This document shows, in pieces, positions 13,288-27,870 of a stretch of DNA of 64,000 nt. Position 1 is the first letter of the stretch. Each line of letters opens with the position of its first letter. The notes under the pieces are model-generated. The model was not told the origin of the DNA. It did no database searches and saw only the letters and a list, made by a program, of their open reading frames with translations. Origin of the DNA: the human T2T-CHM13v2.0 reference genome, Homo sapiens; the NCBI RefSeq assembly GCF_009914755.1, contig NC_060926.1. The stretch is one strand, 5' to 3'. The position numbers and the translations under genes are program-made.

Positions 13288-13953
13288 TTAGAAAATACTT
13301 TCAGATGAATGAAAATGAAAGTACCACATACCAAAACTTATTGGGATGCACTGAAAGCAATGTTCAGAAATTTATAGCTGTCAATGTCAACTTTTAAAAA
13401 GAAAAAAATCTGAAATCCAACCTAATCTTTCACCTTAAAAAACTATAAAAAGAATAGCAAATTAAACTCAAAGCAAGATGAAGAAATAATAAAGAGTAGA
13501 AACAAATGAAGGAGAAAATAGGAAAACAATAGAGAAAATCAACTAATGAAAAGTTGGTTTTTTGAAAAGATCAACAAAATTGATACACCTTTGCCTAGAC
13601 TGACCAAGAAAAAGAGGAATCAAATTACTAAAATCAAGATTGAAAAAAGGAGCATTATTACAAACCTTACAGAAACAAAAAAGGTCATAGATCAATTGTG
13701 TGCCAACAAATTAGAGGACCTAATGGAATATACAAATTCCTAGCGAAACAAACAGGTAAATTAACTCAAGATGAAATAAAAAATTTGGATCAAACCTTAA
13801 GAAGTAAGAGATTGAATTAGTAACTTAAAATTTTCCTATAGAGTAAAGACACAGCCCACTTAACTTCACTGTTAAATTCTACCAGACATTTAAAAAAGAA
13901 CTAATACCAGCACCCACAAACGCTTCTAAAAAACAAGAGGATGAAATACATCC

Positions 13954-14316
13954 TGTATTCATCCATTTTCATGCTGCTGATAAAGACACACCTGAGACTG
14001 GGCAATATACAAAAGAAAGAGCCTTAATGGACTCACAGTTTCATGTGGCTGAGGAGGCTTCATAATCACCTCGGAAGACAAAAGGCACATCTCATATGGC
14101 GGCAGACAAGAGAAGAGAATGAGAGCCAAGCAAAAGGGGTTTCCCCTTATAAAACCATCAGATCTCATTAGCCTTGTTCACTACCACGAGAACAGTGAGG
14201 GGAAACTGCCCCTATGATTCAGTTATCTCCCACTGGGTCCCTCCCACAACATGAGGGAATTATGTAAGCTACAATTCAAGATGAGATTTGGGTGAGGACA
14301 CAGCCAAACCATATCA
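13954..14316 (-). mobile_element. THE1 solo LTR inside the L1
   Basis: tgtattcatccattttcatgctgctgat...cagccaaaccatatca; 5-bp TSD catcc. Confidence 0.9.
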
Positions 14317-15867
14317 CATCCCAACCCATTCTCTGAGGTCAGTATTACCCTGATACCAATACCAGACTTATACATCACAAGAAAACAAGAAACCAATACC
14401 ACTTTTGACTATAGACACAAAAACTCTCCACAGAATACAAGCAAACTGAATCCAGCAACATATTAAAGAATTATATACTATAGCCAAGTGGATTGTATCC
14501 AGGAATTAAAGGTTGTGTTAATATATATCAGTAGGTCAAAGGACAAAATCATATGACTAAATAGAATCAGAAAAAGCAGTTGACAAAATTTAACTCCCTT
14601 CATGATAAATACATGCAACAAACTAGGAATAGAAGGCAACTTCCTCAAACTGATAAACGTGATCTACAAAAACCCACAAATAACATCAATGAGAAAAGAC
14701 TAAAAACTTTCTCTCTGAGATCAGGAACAAGACAAGGATGTCTGTTTTCATCATGTCTATTCAAGATTCTGCTTTCATCAGTTTTTTTCAACATTTTATT
14801 GGGGCTCTAGCTATGACAGTTAGGCAAGAAAAAGAAAGCATCTGTATTGGAAAAGAAGAAGTTAAACTATCTCTATTTGCAGATGGCATAATCTTGCATG
14901 TAGAAAATCCCAAAGTCTCCACCAGAAAACTATTAGAACTAATACATGAGTTCAGGAAAATTGTAGGCTATAAGGTCAAGATATAAAACAATTGTATTTT
15001 TATAGACCAGCAAAGAATGACCTGAAAATGAAATTGGGAAAATGATTATATTGAAAATAGCATATAAGGGAATAAAATTATTAGGGATAAATTTAACAAA
15101 AAGAGGTTCAAAACATATACTCTAGAAATATTTTTGAAAGAAATTAAAGAATACCTAAATAAATGTAAATGCATCCCATGTTCATATATCAGAGGACTTA
15201 ATACTGTTAAGATATACTCTCCATATTGATCTACAACTTTATTGCAATCCTCATCAAAATTCCGGCTGGCTTCTTGGTAGAAATAGCCAATCTGAAGCTA
15301 AAATTCACATGAAAATGTAAGACACTCAGAGTGGCCAAAACAATCTTCAAAAGGAAGATCAAAGTCTGAGGAATCACACTTCCTGATCTTAAAATATACT
15401 ACAAAGCCACAGTAATCAAGACAGTGTGGTAACAGCATAAGAACAGATATATAAATCAGTGGAATAGAATTGAGAGTCCAGAAATAAGCCATTTATGGCC
15501 AATTGGTTTCCAACAGGAGTGCTAAGACAATAAAATAAAAAAGGAATAGCCTTTTCAATAGATGGTACTGAGACAACTGGATATCCACATGCAAAAGAAT
15601 GAATTTAGATGCCTCTCTCACACTTACACAAAAATTAACTCAAAATGGACCATAGACTTAACAAGAGCTAAAACTAAAAATCTAGTAAAAACACAGGCAT
15701 AAATCTTATAACCTTGGGTGAGACAGTATCTTCTTAGATATGCCACCAAAAGCACAAGCAACAAAAGAAAAAATAGATAAATTTTAAAAAATTTGTCCTT
15801 CAAAGGATACTATCAGGAAAATGAAGAGAAAATCCACAGAATTTTTTTTTTGCAAATCATATATATG

Positions 15868-16298
15868 TGTATTAGTCCATTTTGCATTGGTGTAAAGGAA
15901 TACCTGAGACTGGATGATTTATAAAGAAAAGAGGTTTATTTTGGCTCATGGTTCTGCAGGCTGTTCAAGCGTGGGGCTGGCAAGCATGGTGCTAGCATCT
16001 GCTTCTGGTCAGAACCTCAGGAAACTTTTATTCATGGTAGAAGGTGATGGGGGAGCAGGTATGTCACACGGTGAGAAAAGGAGCAAGAGAGAGAGCGGGG
16101 AGATCCTCAATTCTTTTTAACCAGATCACACATGAACTCATAGAGTGGAAACTCACTCATTACCATGAGGGGGGCACCAAGCCATTCATGAGGGATCCAC
16201 CCCCATGACACAAACATCTCACACTAGGCCCCTCCTCCCACATTGGGGATCACATTTGAACATGAGTTTTGGAGGGGACAAACATCCAAACTATAGCA
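15868..16298 (-). mobile_element. MST solo LTR inside the L1
   Basis: tgtattagtccattttgcattgg...acatccaaactatagca; 5-bp TSD atatg. Confidence 0.88.
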
Positions 16299-16636
16299 AT
16301 ATGGTAAAGGACTAACATCTAGAATATCTACAGAATTCTTACAGTGTAATAATAAAAAGACAAATAGCCCAATTTAAATATGGGTAAAGGGTCTGCATAG
16401 ACATTTTCCAAAGAAGATATACACATGGCTGATAAGCACATGTAAAGCTGCTGAACATCATTCATAAGTAGGGAAATGCAAATGAAAATCACAATGAAAT
16501 ACCACTCCACCCCAGCTAGGATGGCTATAATGACAAAAGACAATAACAAGTGTTGGTGAGTTGTGGAAAATGGAGCCCTTACACATTGCTGGTGAGAATG
16601 TAAAATGGTGCAGTTGCTTTGGAAAACTTTTTGGCA

Positions 16637-16929
16637 GGCTGGGCATGGTGGCTCACGCCTGTAATCCCAGCACTTTGGAAGGCCAAGGCAGACAGATCAC
16701 CTGAGATCAGGAGTTCGAGACCAGACTGACCAACATGGTGAAACCCTGTCTCTACTAAAAGTACAAAAATTAGCCTGGTGTGGTGGCATGCTCCTGTAAT
16801 TCCAGCTACCCGGGAGGCTGAGAAGGGAGAATCACTTGAACCAGCAGGTGGCGGTTGCAGTGAGCCAAGATCACGCCACTGCACTCCAGCCTGGGCGACA
16901 GAGCAAGACTCCGTTTCAAAAAAAAAAAA
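16637..16929 (+). mobile_element. AluS element
   Basis: Full dimer with A-tail; TSD-like actttttggc. Confidence 0.95.
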
Positions 16930-17115
16930 TACTTTTTGGCGGTTTTTAAAAATGTTAAATGTAGAGTTACCATATAACCCAGCAATTTCACTCCTAGGTA
17001 TATACCCAAGAGAAATGAAAACATATGTCTATGCAAAACTTGTACGTTAATGTTCAAGACATTGTTATTTTTAATAGCCACAGCAGAAAAATCACACATT
17101 TCCATCAAGTGGTGA

Positions 17116-17427
<312 letters not shown>

Positions 17428-17847
17428 AGTGGTGAATGAATTTTTAAAATGTGGTACATTCATGTACTGGAACATTATTTGTCAAGAAGAGTAGATGAAG
17501 TACTGACTCATGCTGCAACATGGAGAACTTGAAAACATTATGCTAAGTCAAAGAAGGTAGTCACAGAGGACCACAGATTCTGTGACTCCACTTACATGAA
17601 ATGTGCAAAAAAGGCAAATCTATAAACAGATCATAGGTTAGTGGTGATTGGGGGCTGGAAATTGAGAATGACTACTAATAGGTACAGAGTTTCTTCGGGG
17701 GGTGATGAAAATTCCGAAATGAGACTGTGATTGTTGCACAACTTTGCGAACATCCTAGAAACCTTGGAACTACACACTTTAAATGGGTGAGTTTTGTGAT
17801 ATGTGAAATTATATTTCAATAAAGGTGTTATCTAAAAATGTGGATGT

Positions 17848-18745
<898 letters not shown>

Positions 18746-20509
18746 CCTCACGCATACTCCAGTTCACTTCGTTGCATGCATCAAATGAATGGAATGGTAG
18801 GTGGAAAGAAGGCTCAGCTACTGTTCATTTCATTCTGTCTTTGTTGTTGACTCTGGTAAATCACTTAACTTCTGGGCTTACGTTTTTTAATAAGAAATCA
18901 GTCTGTTATTTTGAGTGACTGCTGGGTTCCCTTCCAGCTCTAATACCCTATTATTCGATAGAAGCTAGACCTGAATCCATGCAGTCACTTTAGGGAATAT
19001 ACATTTATATCTGGATCTATGTCCTGTAACAAAAGTAGCAAAATATGGAAGGAAAAATGTAGAAAAAATGAGGAGAAATAAGGAGAAAATGTAAGAAATG
19101 AGTAAGTTGATTTTTGTGTGTGGCATATAGCTAGATAATTACCCATCCAGTTGGTTGAAAATATAATCACTATTTTCTCTCCAATCATGGAAGGGTGAGA
19201 CCTATTTTTATGTGTCTTATGATAAACAGAATACTAATTAAAATAAAGTTAACTATTTTCTTTTTTCATACAGGGTATGTTGCTCAGAATGCAATTGTGA
19301 GACCATCTCTTATAGTAAAGTAATGTAGTGCTAGGTTGGCACTTGAAAAATTGGTCCTATCTCTCTTCTAATATTGAGCTCACATAGCATGAAAAAATGT
19401 ATCCCTCTGAGATGATCTATTAATAATAAAGCATGAATAGACTCTAAGTATAAAAAAGTAACAAACTCCTGCTGTCTCATTACTGAATATTTTAGGGTTG
19501 ATAGCAGGAAAGCTCTGCGTCAATTGCAAAGTTGGAAACTCACCACGCATGTGCTTTATTTTCTTTACCATCCAAATCTCTTCCTGATATTAATTTAGCT
19601 GCAAAGGAGGTGCATTGATTCTTCTGAGCAGGGGGGAACCACTTGGAGCATGTAAAAGAAGTGCAGATCTGTGGGCCAGTGTTACTCAAGTAGGTCCAGG
19701 TGAAACTGGGAGAACCTCATTTTTAAAAGCTCCCTAAACAATTCCAGTGAGCAGCCAGGTTTGGGAACACTGACCTAATCAAGGCCCCAAACTGATGGAT
19801 ATAGTCAGTACTCACATGCCATTGACTATAATAAGATTCTATGTTCATTTACAAACAGTTTTTGTAGGAACAGGGCAGAGAAACACTACACTGATTGTAC
19901 CAAAACTCTTTTTGCGAAGTAATCACATATACTTGCAATTGCATATTTTTTTTTCTTTCAGGACAATTTTCAAAGTTTTAGCCTAAGTCCTCTTTGTTTT
20001 TAGAATCTAAAGAGACTTCCCTGCTTCCCTGGCAATAATACACAGCATTGTGGAAGCGAGCTGCCCTCCGTAATCTGAGTGTGTGATCTTGATCCTTGAG
20101 AGTTCTCAGAACTGAATGAGTGATTCTGAAGCACATCAAAGAATACTAGCATTTTATCTGCATTTTCTATTTGGTAAAAATAGTTTTTTACACACCCTTA
20201 CCTCCCCTTAATTGGACCACTCATTACTGGATGTTTAAAAGCTCTTTTTTTGGACTTGGCTAGAGGCTTTTGACAATGAGTAATCCAAAACACTGAAATA
20301 GACCATTGCAATGTATACATTGGTTACCATTGGTTATAATCACCTCTCCTAGCTTTGGGCATTCTGTGATATGAGAGGCCTGATAATTCCCCCAGCCTTT
20401 AAATTGCTTTGCTTTGTACACCCAAAGACACTGTTTCAATGCTGCATTGTAGTTGTAAGGCTTTTCTTTTTAAATGAAAATTAAGAATCCAAATTCAAGT
20501 TAAAATTCA

Positions 20510-20797
20510 GCCACACTCAATGCCTATAATCCCAGCACCTTGGGAGGCCAAGGTGGGCAGATTGCCTGAGCTCAGGAGTTCAAGACCAGCCTGAGCAATA
20601 TGGTGAAACCCTGTCTCTACAAAAAATACAAAGTTAGCTGAGCGTGGTGGCGCATGCCTATAGTCCTAGCTACTTGGAAGGTTGAGGTGGGAGGATTGCT
20701 GGAGCGCAGAAGGTCGAGGCTACAGTGAGCTGAGATCATGCCACAGCATTCCAGCCTGTGTGACAGAGCAAGACCCTGTCTCTTAAAAAAAAAAGAA
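20510..20797 (+). mobile_element. AluJ element
   Basis: Dimer with J-type right arm (ggaggattgctggagc) and A-tail. Confidence 0.9.
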
Positions 20798-21350
20798 AAT
20801 CAGCCACATATGGGTCCTCCAAAGTAATTTACCTAATTGAGGTGACAATGGGATGAACACTGCCTTCATGAATGAGTTTGTGCAGGCTGTGGCAACTATA
20901 TTTTCTTCTTTCTGGTGGCCAGCAAATTTCTTTGCTATCAGTTGTAAGAGGCCAACAAGGATCCAAGTGATACCCTAATTCCTAGTAAGAGTCAAGGTAA
21001 ATAATATCTTAGCAGAAGTCACTACTCTCAACCCTCTATTGAAACCACTCTATTAAAAGCCACTGATAAACAAAGTAATTTGTTCATAGATGTTTTTCAA
21101 GTGCATACTGTATGCCAGGTACTGCACAAGGTTCTAGAGAGCCATAAATTACTAATAACAGTAGCGAACACTTACATAGTGCACACTGTATGCAAGCAAT
21201 GTTTTTCAAACTGCACATAGCAACCTATTAGTGGGTCACAAAAATCAAGTTCATGCTTCACACCCACCCATCATTTAAAAGAATAGAAGATAATTGAATC
21301 AGAAATAGTAGAGTGCTTCCTTCTTATGAAGGGTAAGAATTATTTCATAA

Positions 21351-21638
<288 letters not shown>

Positions 21639-21879
21639 GGATTGTTTTACAAAACCTTTATTTTATACATACACTCACACACTTCACACACTCACAGATC
21701 TACGTGCACTGATCACAATATAACATGTATTTTGTATTGTTTTGGTCAAAAGTTTTAAAACCAGTGATATAGAGCATAATTACAGAAAAAAATATGCATT
21801 TTTTCACAATTTTAGTCACATTACAAGAAAATAAAGTTATAGAGCAGTATTTCTCAAAAAGACAGAAAAGTCTTAAGTA

Positions 21880-23340
21880 AAATAATAGCAAATTGAATTC
21901 AATTATATAGAAAAGGGTTAATGCATCATGACCAAGTAGAGTTTATTCCAGGAACGCAAGGCAGGCTTAATATTTGAAAGGCAACCAATGTAATTCACCA
22001 CATTAAAAGAATAAAGGCAAGAACAGTGTGATTATTTCAACAGATGCAGAAGGCATTTGATAAAATTAAATACCCACTCGATAGAATTCTCAGCAAACTA
22101 GACATAGAGAAGAAAATGTTCATAATCTGATAAAAGGCACCTACAAACAAACAAAAATAAAACCCACAAATCTTATAGCTAACACTATATTTGTTGGATG
22201 AACAAGGCAAAGCAATACACTATCGCCATTTCTATTCAACATTATGCTGGAGGGATCTTAGTTTAGAGAGAAAGAATAAAACTATCTTTACAAACAGATG
22301 AAATGATTGAGTACAGAGAAAAACCAAACGATTAGATATATTAAGTCGTTTAATCCTCACAACAACGCTATAGCTGCAGAGAGATTTTCTGAGATTAATA
22401 TTTTCCCTTCTTTAAATGTTTGGAAGACTTCACTAGGGAAGTTTGCTGCTGAAATTCTTTTGTGAGAAAGTACTTAATTACAGACTCAATTTTTTAAACA
22501 GATATAAGGCTATTCCAAATTTTTATTTTTTATTTAAGTTTTAATATGTGGTGCTTTGGAGAAAATTTTTCCATTTATCCAAGTGATATGGTTTGGCTCT
22601 GTGTCCCCACCCAAATCTCATCTTGAATTGTACTCCCGTAATTCCCACGGGTTGTGGGAGGGACCCAGTGGGAGATAATTGAATCATGGAGGTCATTTCC
22701 CCCATACTGTTCTCATGGTAGTGAATAACCTCGTGAGATCTGATGGTTTTATCAGACGTTTCCGCTTTTGCATCTTCCTCATTTTCTCTTGCCACCGACA
22801 TGTAAGAAGAGCCTTTCGCCTCCCTCCATGATTCTGAAGCCTCTCCAGCCATGTGAAACTGTAAGTCCAATTACACCTCTTTTTCTTCCCAGTCTCTGGT
22901 ATGTCTTTACCACCAGCATAAAAACAGGCTAATCCACCAAGTTTTCGAATTTATTTGCACAAAGTTATCCATAATGTCTTACTATCTTTTAAATTATCTG
23001 TCAAATCTGGATTGAGGTTTCCCTTCTCATTCCTGACATTCACCATTTGTGTTTTCTCTTTTTTCTTGTCCAGTCTTGCTAAGATTTCTAATTTATTAAT
23101 ATTTTTTAAAATCCAACTTTTGGTTTTATTGATTTTCTCTGTTCCAGCCTATTTTATTAATTTCTGCTTTTATCTTTAATTCCTTCCACCTCATCCTTTT
23201 ATTGCCTGTTCTTTTTGGTTTAGAAGCTTAGATTATTTATATCCAACCTTCTCTTTTCTGATATTTGTACTTAAAGCTCTAAATTTCCCTGTAAGTACTA
23301 CTTTGGCTGTACCTCCTAACTTTTGATATATAAGGTCATC
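21880..23340. mobile_element. Old L1 ORF2 fragments (+ at ~21880-22330, - at ~22380-23340)
   Basis: gatgcagaaggcatttgataaaatt (RT region, +); T-rich antisense L1 after ~22380. Confidence 0.65.
22584..22936 (+). mobile_element. THE1 solo LTR
   Basis: tgatatggtttggctctgtgtccccacccaaatctc...ggctaatcca; 5-bp TSD ccaag. Confidence 0.92.
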
Positions 23341-23617
23341 ATTCAATGCTTGTTCTATTTAATTTGGCTCACTTTTTCTGTCAATGTCCAGTTATTGTTT
23401 CTCTTGTCTCGGGGAGTTCAGAAGTAGACAGCATAATTTTGCAAATGTCAGAGCAATATTCACATAGTTTCACAAATCGTTTTTCCTTATAATGTATCTA
23501 ACAAAATATCTTTTGGCATTGAGTCCTGAAATGGTTTTGATCATGTTCTGATTCTTCCCTGCTTCTATAAAGTCTATGAGAAACAGCACCGCAGAGTCTT
23601 TTAAAATATAAACTATT

Positions 23618-23929
23618 AGGCTGAGTGCGATGTCTCACGCCTGTGATTCCAGTACTTTGGGAGGCCAAGGGGGGGTGGATCACTTGAGGTCAGGAGTTCG
23701 AGACCAGCCTGAGCAATATGGCAAAACTCCGTCTCTACTAAAATACAAAAATTAGCTGGGTGTGGTGGCATGTGCTGTAGTCCCCGCTACTTGAGAATCT
23801 GAAGTGGGAGGATCACCTGAGCCCAGGGAGGTCAAGAGTGCAGTGAACCATGACTGTGCCACTGCACTCTAGCCTGGGCAACGGTGTGAGACTCTGTCTC
23901 AAATTTGTGTGTGTGTGTCTGTGTGTCTC

Positions 23930-23956
<27 letters not shown>
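23618..23956 (+). mobile_element. Alu followed by a (TG)n microsatellite (~23907-23956)
   Basis: Alu dimer with no A-tail, directly followed by a TG repeat. Confidence 0.9.
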
Positions 23957-23962
<6 letters not shown>

Positions 23963-23979
23963 AAGGGAGGAGACAGAGA

Positions 23980-24351
23980 ACTAAGCTTTAATTTTTTTTA
24001 ACATGCCCAAATTCCTACCTAAGGGGTCTGAGGAGTCACATCTTACAAACCATAAAGTCTCATCAGAGGGGTTTTTATTTTAAGCCTATAGAGCGAGGTC
24101 TGCATTCTAACCTGACTCTGGCATAACATCATATAACAAATAAGGCAAGAAGTCAAAACATTTTAACCCCAAATATGTTTCCTTGCCAAATCTTGAAATT
24201 GCCCTGCAAAGTTTTCTCTTGTGGGAAAAAAAATCGCATTCTATAGAGAATCCCCTTTCCCCTCTCTTTTTTCCTTCCTTGCTTTCCAGATCCAGGAAAT
24301 CAGCTAAGAGCTAGGCACCCTTTTAGGTCCGATGAAACATTTAACAATCTA
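23980..24351 (+). mobile_element. Partial MER4-group ERV1 LTR
   Basis: aaccataaagtctcatcagagggg...ctgactctggcataacatc...ccccaaatatgtttccttgcc resembles MER4B/D/E-type LTRs; truncated at the Alu. Confidence 0.6.
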
Positions 24352-24656
24352 GGCCGGGTGCAGTGGCTTAGGCCTGTAATCTCAGCACTTTGGGAGGCCG
24401 AGGCGGGCTGATCACGAGGTCAGGAGACAGAGACCATCCTGGCTAACATGGTGAAACCCCGTCTCTACTAAAAATACAAAAAATTAGCCCGGCGTGGTGG
24501 CAGGTGCCTGTAGTCCCAGCTACTCAGGAGGCTGAGGCAGGAGAATGGCGTGAACCGGGAGGCAGAGCTTGCAGTGAGCCAAGATTGCGCCACTGCACTC
24601 TAGCCTGGGCGACAGAGCAAGACTCCGTCTCAAAAAAAAAAAAAAAAAAAAAAAAA
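24352..24656 (+). mobile_element. AluY element with long A-tail
   Basis: Y-type diagnostics gagaccatcctggctaac, gaatggcgtgaac, gcagagcttgcag. Confidence 0.93.
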
Positions 24657-25619
24657 GGAAAATCTTGATATTGCTCATGTAACCTTCAGAGTTCAATCAA
24701 AGAAGCACATGGCCACTGGGAATGATATAGAGTATGAGACCTATTACAGGGCTTTGCCCTATAATAAATCTCAGGAAAGAAAAGAAGAATGTAACAGGGC
24801 AGGCAGGGACAAGCTGGGACCCACAAGGAGGGACTCCCACCAGCATCTGCCTCCTCTCCCGCCTCCACACCTCAGACTTGGGTGATGCGTGTGACCAGAG
24901 GGAAAGGCTGGTGCCCTTTGCCACAGAGCTAAACACGTACCTGGCCCAGGAGGCAGAGAATCCCGAGGAGAAATTCAGCAGGACTGGAAGAGCTGTGGAT
25001 CAGCTGCTGCCCCACACCGAGGTGTGCCCGCAAAGCCGCAGCACCGTTCATGGGCTGCACCCGCGCGCGACACCTGACTCACTACCGGTCTTCCTACTAC
25101 TTCACTTCCAGCCTCACACACGTGCCTCCCATGGCCACACAGAAAGGGGAATTCTAGCCATACGGCTTAACTACTTTGCCCTGGTAAAAGCCACCGCAGT
25201 GCCTATTTACTACTGACCTGCTGGAGGATCATGGACAAAGTGACTTATCCTCTGTGGCTCCCCAAACCTCTCCACCGTAATCAGAAAACAGCACTAGCCC
25301 CTTCTTGCTGGGTACATATAGAGTAAAAAATGAGAAAGAACAGAAAAAATTTTAGGCGACTGTTTGTATTCATTTTGTACCATCATTTTAAGTTGTTTTA
25401 CGTGCATTGGTTGTTCTCTGAAATAGGCCTGTGTGTGGATATGCTGCTTAATGTGAAGCCAACTATTAAAATAAAATGTTAAGATCCAGTAGAAAGAAGC
25501 ATGTGTATGTGAGCCAAGAATAGCCCTTTAGGGTATGTAGCCATCCCTGAAGAGCAAGTGAATACCTTGGGACTTCCAACCATGGGAAAAGCGGGAAAAC
25601 ACTGATAATGTTTTATCAT

Positions 25620-25857
25620 TGGTAAATATCCCAACAGGGAGAAAATAATGTCGTCTAGAGTTTCTAGCTGACATGCATCAGGAAAGACATTGTGTTGACA
25701 TTTGACACAAAGAATGCGTAGGATCTGGGCAACAGGAGATGTGAAAAGAAGACATTTCAGGTGTAGAGAAAGGCAGGAGCAAGCATTGGAGTTGGGACAG
25801 TGTAGGGTTGATTGGGCTGGTGCCCTCAGATAAGAAGGGGAACAGTGAGCTGGGAAA
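25620..25857. repeat. Left arm of a ~240-bp inverted duplication (partner 27336-27574)
   Basis: Reverse-complement match along the whole arm, including a perfect 62-nt run 25655-25716 = revcomp 27478-27539. Confidence 0.95.
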
Positions 25858-27335
25858 CAACGGTGAGAGAAAGCAAAGGGGGAAGAGCCCCTTATAAAAC
25901 CATCAGATCTCATGAGAACTCACTCACTGTCACGAGAACAGCATGGGGGAAACAGCCCCCATGTTCCAATCACATGGGAAACAGTGATAATATTTCTCTT
26001 AACTATGTATGAAAACAGCAACTCACAACTCCCTCCTCTGTCAAGCTGTAAACACATGGCAAGCAGATTCCCTTTCACAATAATCATGCCCACTGAACCC
26101 AAGTGTGACTTGTTATCATGTGTTGAGTGTCTACTGTGTGTCAGGTCCTGGGCCAAAAATTGTGGGATTTTTTTTTGTTGTTGTTAATTTAGAGGGATAT
26201 TTTAAAAATTTCCTTCTTTATAGATTTCTAATTTCATCCCATTGTAGCCAGAGAAGGTACTTTGTAGGATATCTGTTTTTAAAATCTGTTGAAACTTAAC
26301 TTGTTGCTTAAAATATGATCTGTCCTAGAAAATGTCCTGTGTGCATTTGAGAAGAATGCGTGCTCTGTAACGGTAGGGGCTCTGAATATGTTTGTTTTAT
26401 CTAGTTGGTTTACTGTGTTGCTCACGTCCTCATGGGCCCCACTCAGACCTAATCTACAGGTTCAACAAAATCTGCAAGTAATTTATGTGCACATTATATT
26501 TTGAGAAGTAATATTCTATATATAATACTATCCTACACCACAAAATAAGGTTGGGAGGTCAGATACTCTTCTATTCAAATTAGACACTGATTTTTTTCTG
26601 GGCTTGATCAGAAGGTGATCTAATTGATAGTCCTTATTTAATTTAAGCTTTGCCTGGTGTAAGCTTCCAGGATCTAGTTCCCATGCATGCTTGGAGTAGC
26701 ATACCTGTTACATAGTTTGAAGTTATATGTTTGAAACTTCCAGTGGACATGCCAAAAACACAGTGATTGTACCTTCCTCGAGAGAGATGTCTCTGATCTT
26801 TTTCTTACTCTCTAATCTGATGGATTTTCTAAAAGCTTGCAAATGAAACAGGGTACTATCAAAACATATGGTCAAATTTTAAAAAGCATAACTGTAAATT
26901 ATTCAAACCACCCTCTCTCCAGTCCAATCTCAAACTGCTAAGAATGTCTGCATTTTAAAAGAGAAGCTTGGAAATGAAATGATTGAAGGAGGCCTTCCTG
27001 TGGATATGCTGTTTGATGTGACTCTATCTGTGGTAGGTAGATGATCTATTGGAGCAAATGTTTTTGGAGAAGATGGATACATATTCCTCTTGTCCTTAGC
27101 TTTCCTCCATTAGCTCCAATCTCCACATTTTATCAGCCATCAGATCAGCAACTGGCATCTTTCAAAGTTCACAGTGGCAGCCTAGGAATAGAAGGGCTTT
27201 CAGTTTATGGAATCATTACCTGAGGAAAGGCCTTTCAAAGGTAACCAAAATAGATCATGCTGATTTTGACATAAGGAGCACATTTCAAACGAATATTTTC
27301 ACAGTCGTCCTGACTAACTCACCCTTCCAGCCTCA

Positions 27336-27574
27336 TTTCCCAGCTCAGTGTTGCCTTTCTTATCTGAGGACACCAGCCTGACCAAACCCTACACTGTCCC
27401 AACTCCAACACTTGCTCCTGCCTCTCTCTACATCTGAAATGTCTTTTCATCATACCTTCTCTTGCCTAGATCCTACCCATTCTTTGTGTCAAATGTCAAC
27501 ACAATGTCTTTCCTGATGCATGTCAGCTAGAAACTCTAGGCGACATTATTTTCTCCCAGTTGGGACACTTACCA
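27336..27574. repeat. Right arm of the inverted duplication, embedded in an L2-like remnant (~27300-27720)
   Basis: Reverse complement of 25620-25857; continues into L2 3'-like sequence (gactgtgaattacttgagggc...cctaacacaatacctgc...ctcaataaata). Confidence 0.9.
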
Positions 27575-27870
27575 CTATCTTGACATCATATTTGTCTTAG
27601 AACTTCCCTCCCCTAGTCGACTGTGAATTACTTGAGGGCAAAATCCTTGTCTAATTCATCTCTGTATCCCCACAAATGCCTAACACAATACCTGCCTCAC
27701 CAGCCCTCAATAAATAGTTTCATCCTTCCTTCATGGCTAATGATATCCAATACTTTTTATGTGCTTAATTGGCATCTGTAGTAGTCTTTTCCTTTTTCTC
27801 ATGTTCTAATTGAAATTTTTGTTTATTATTGGGTTTTGAGAGTTCTTTATATATTCTAGATATTAGTCCT

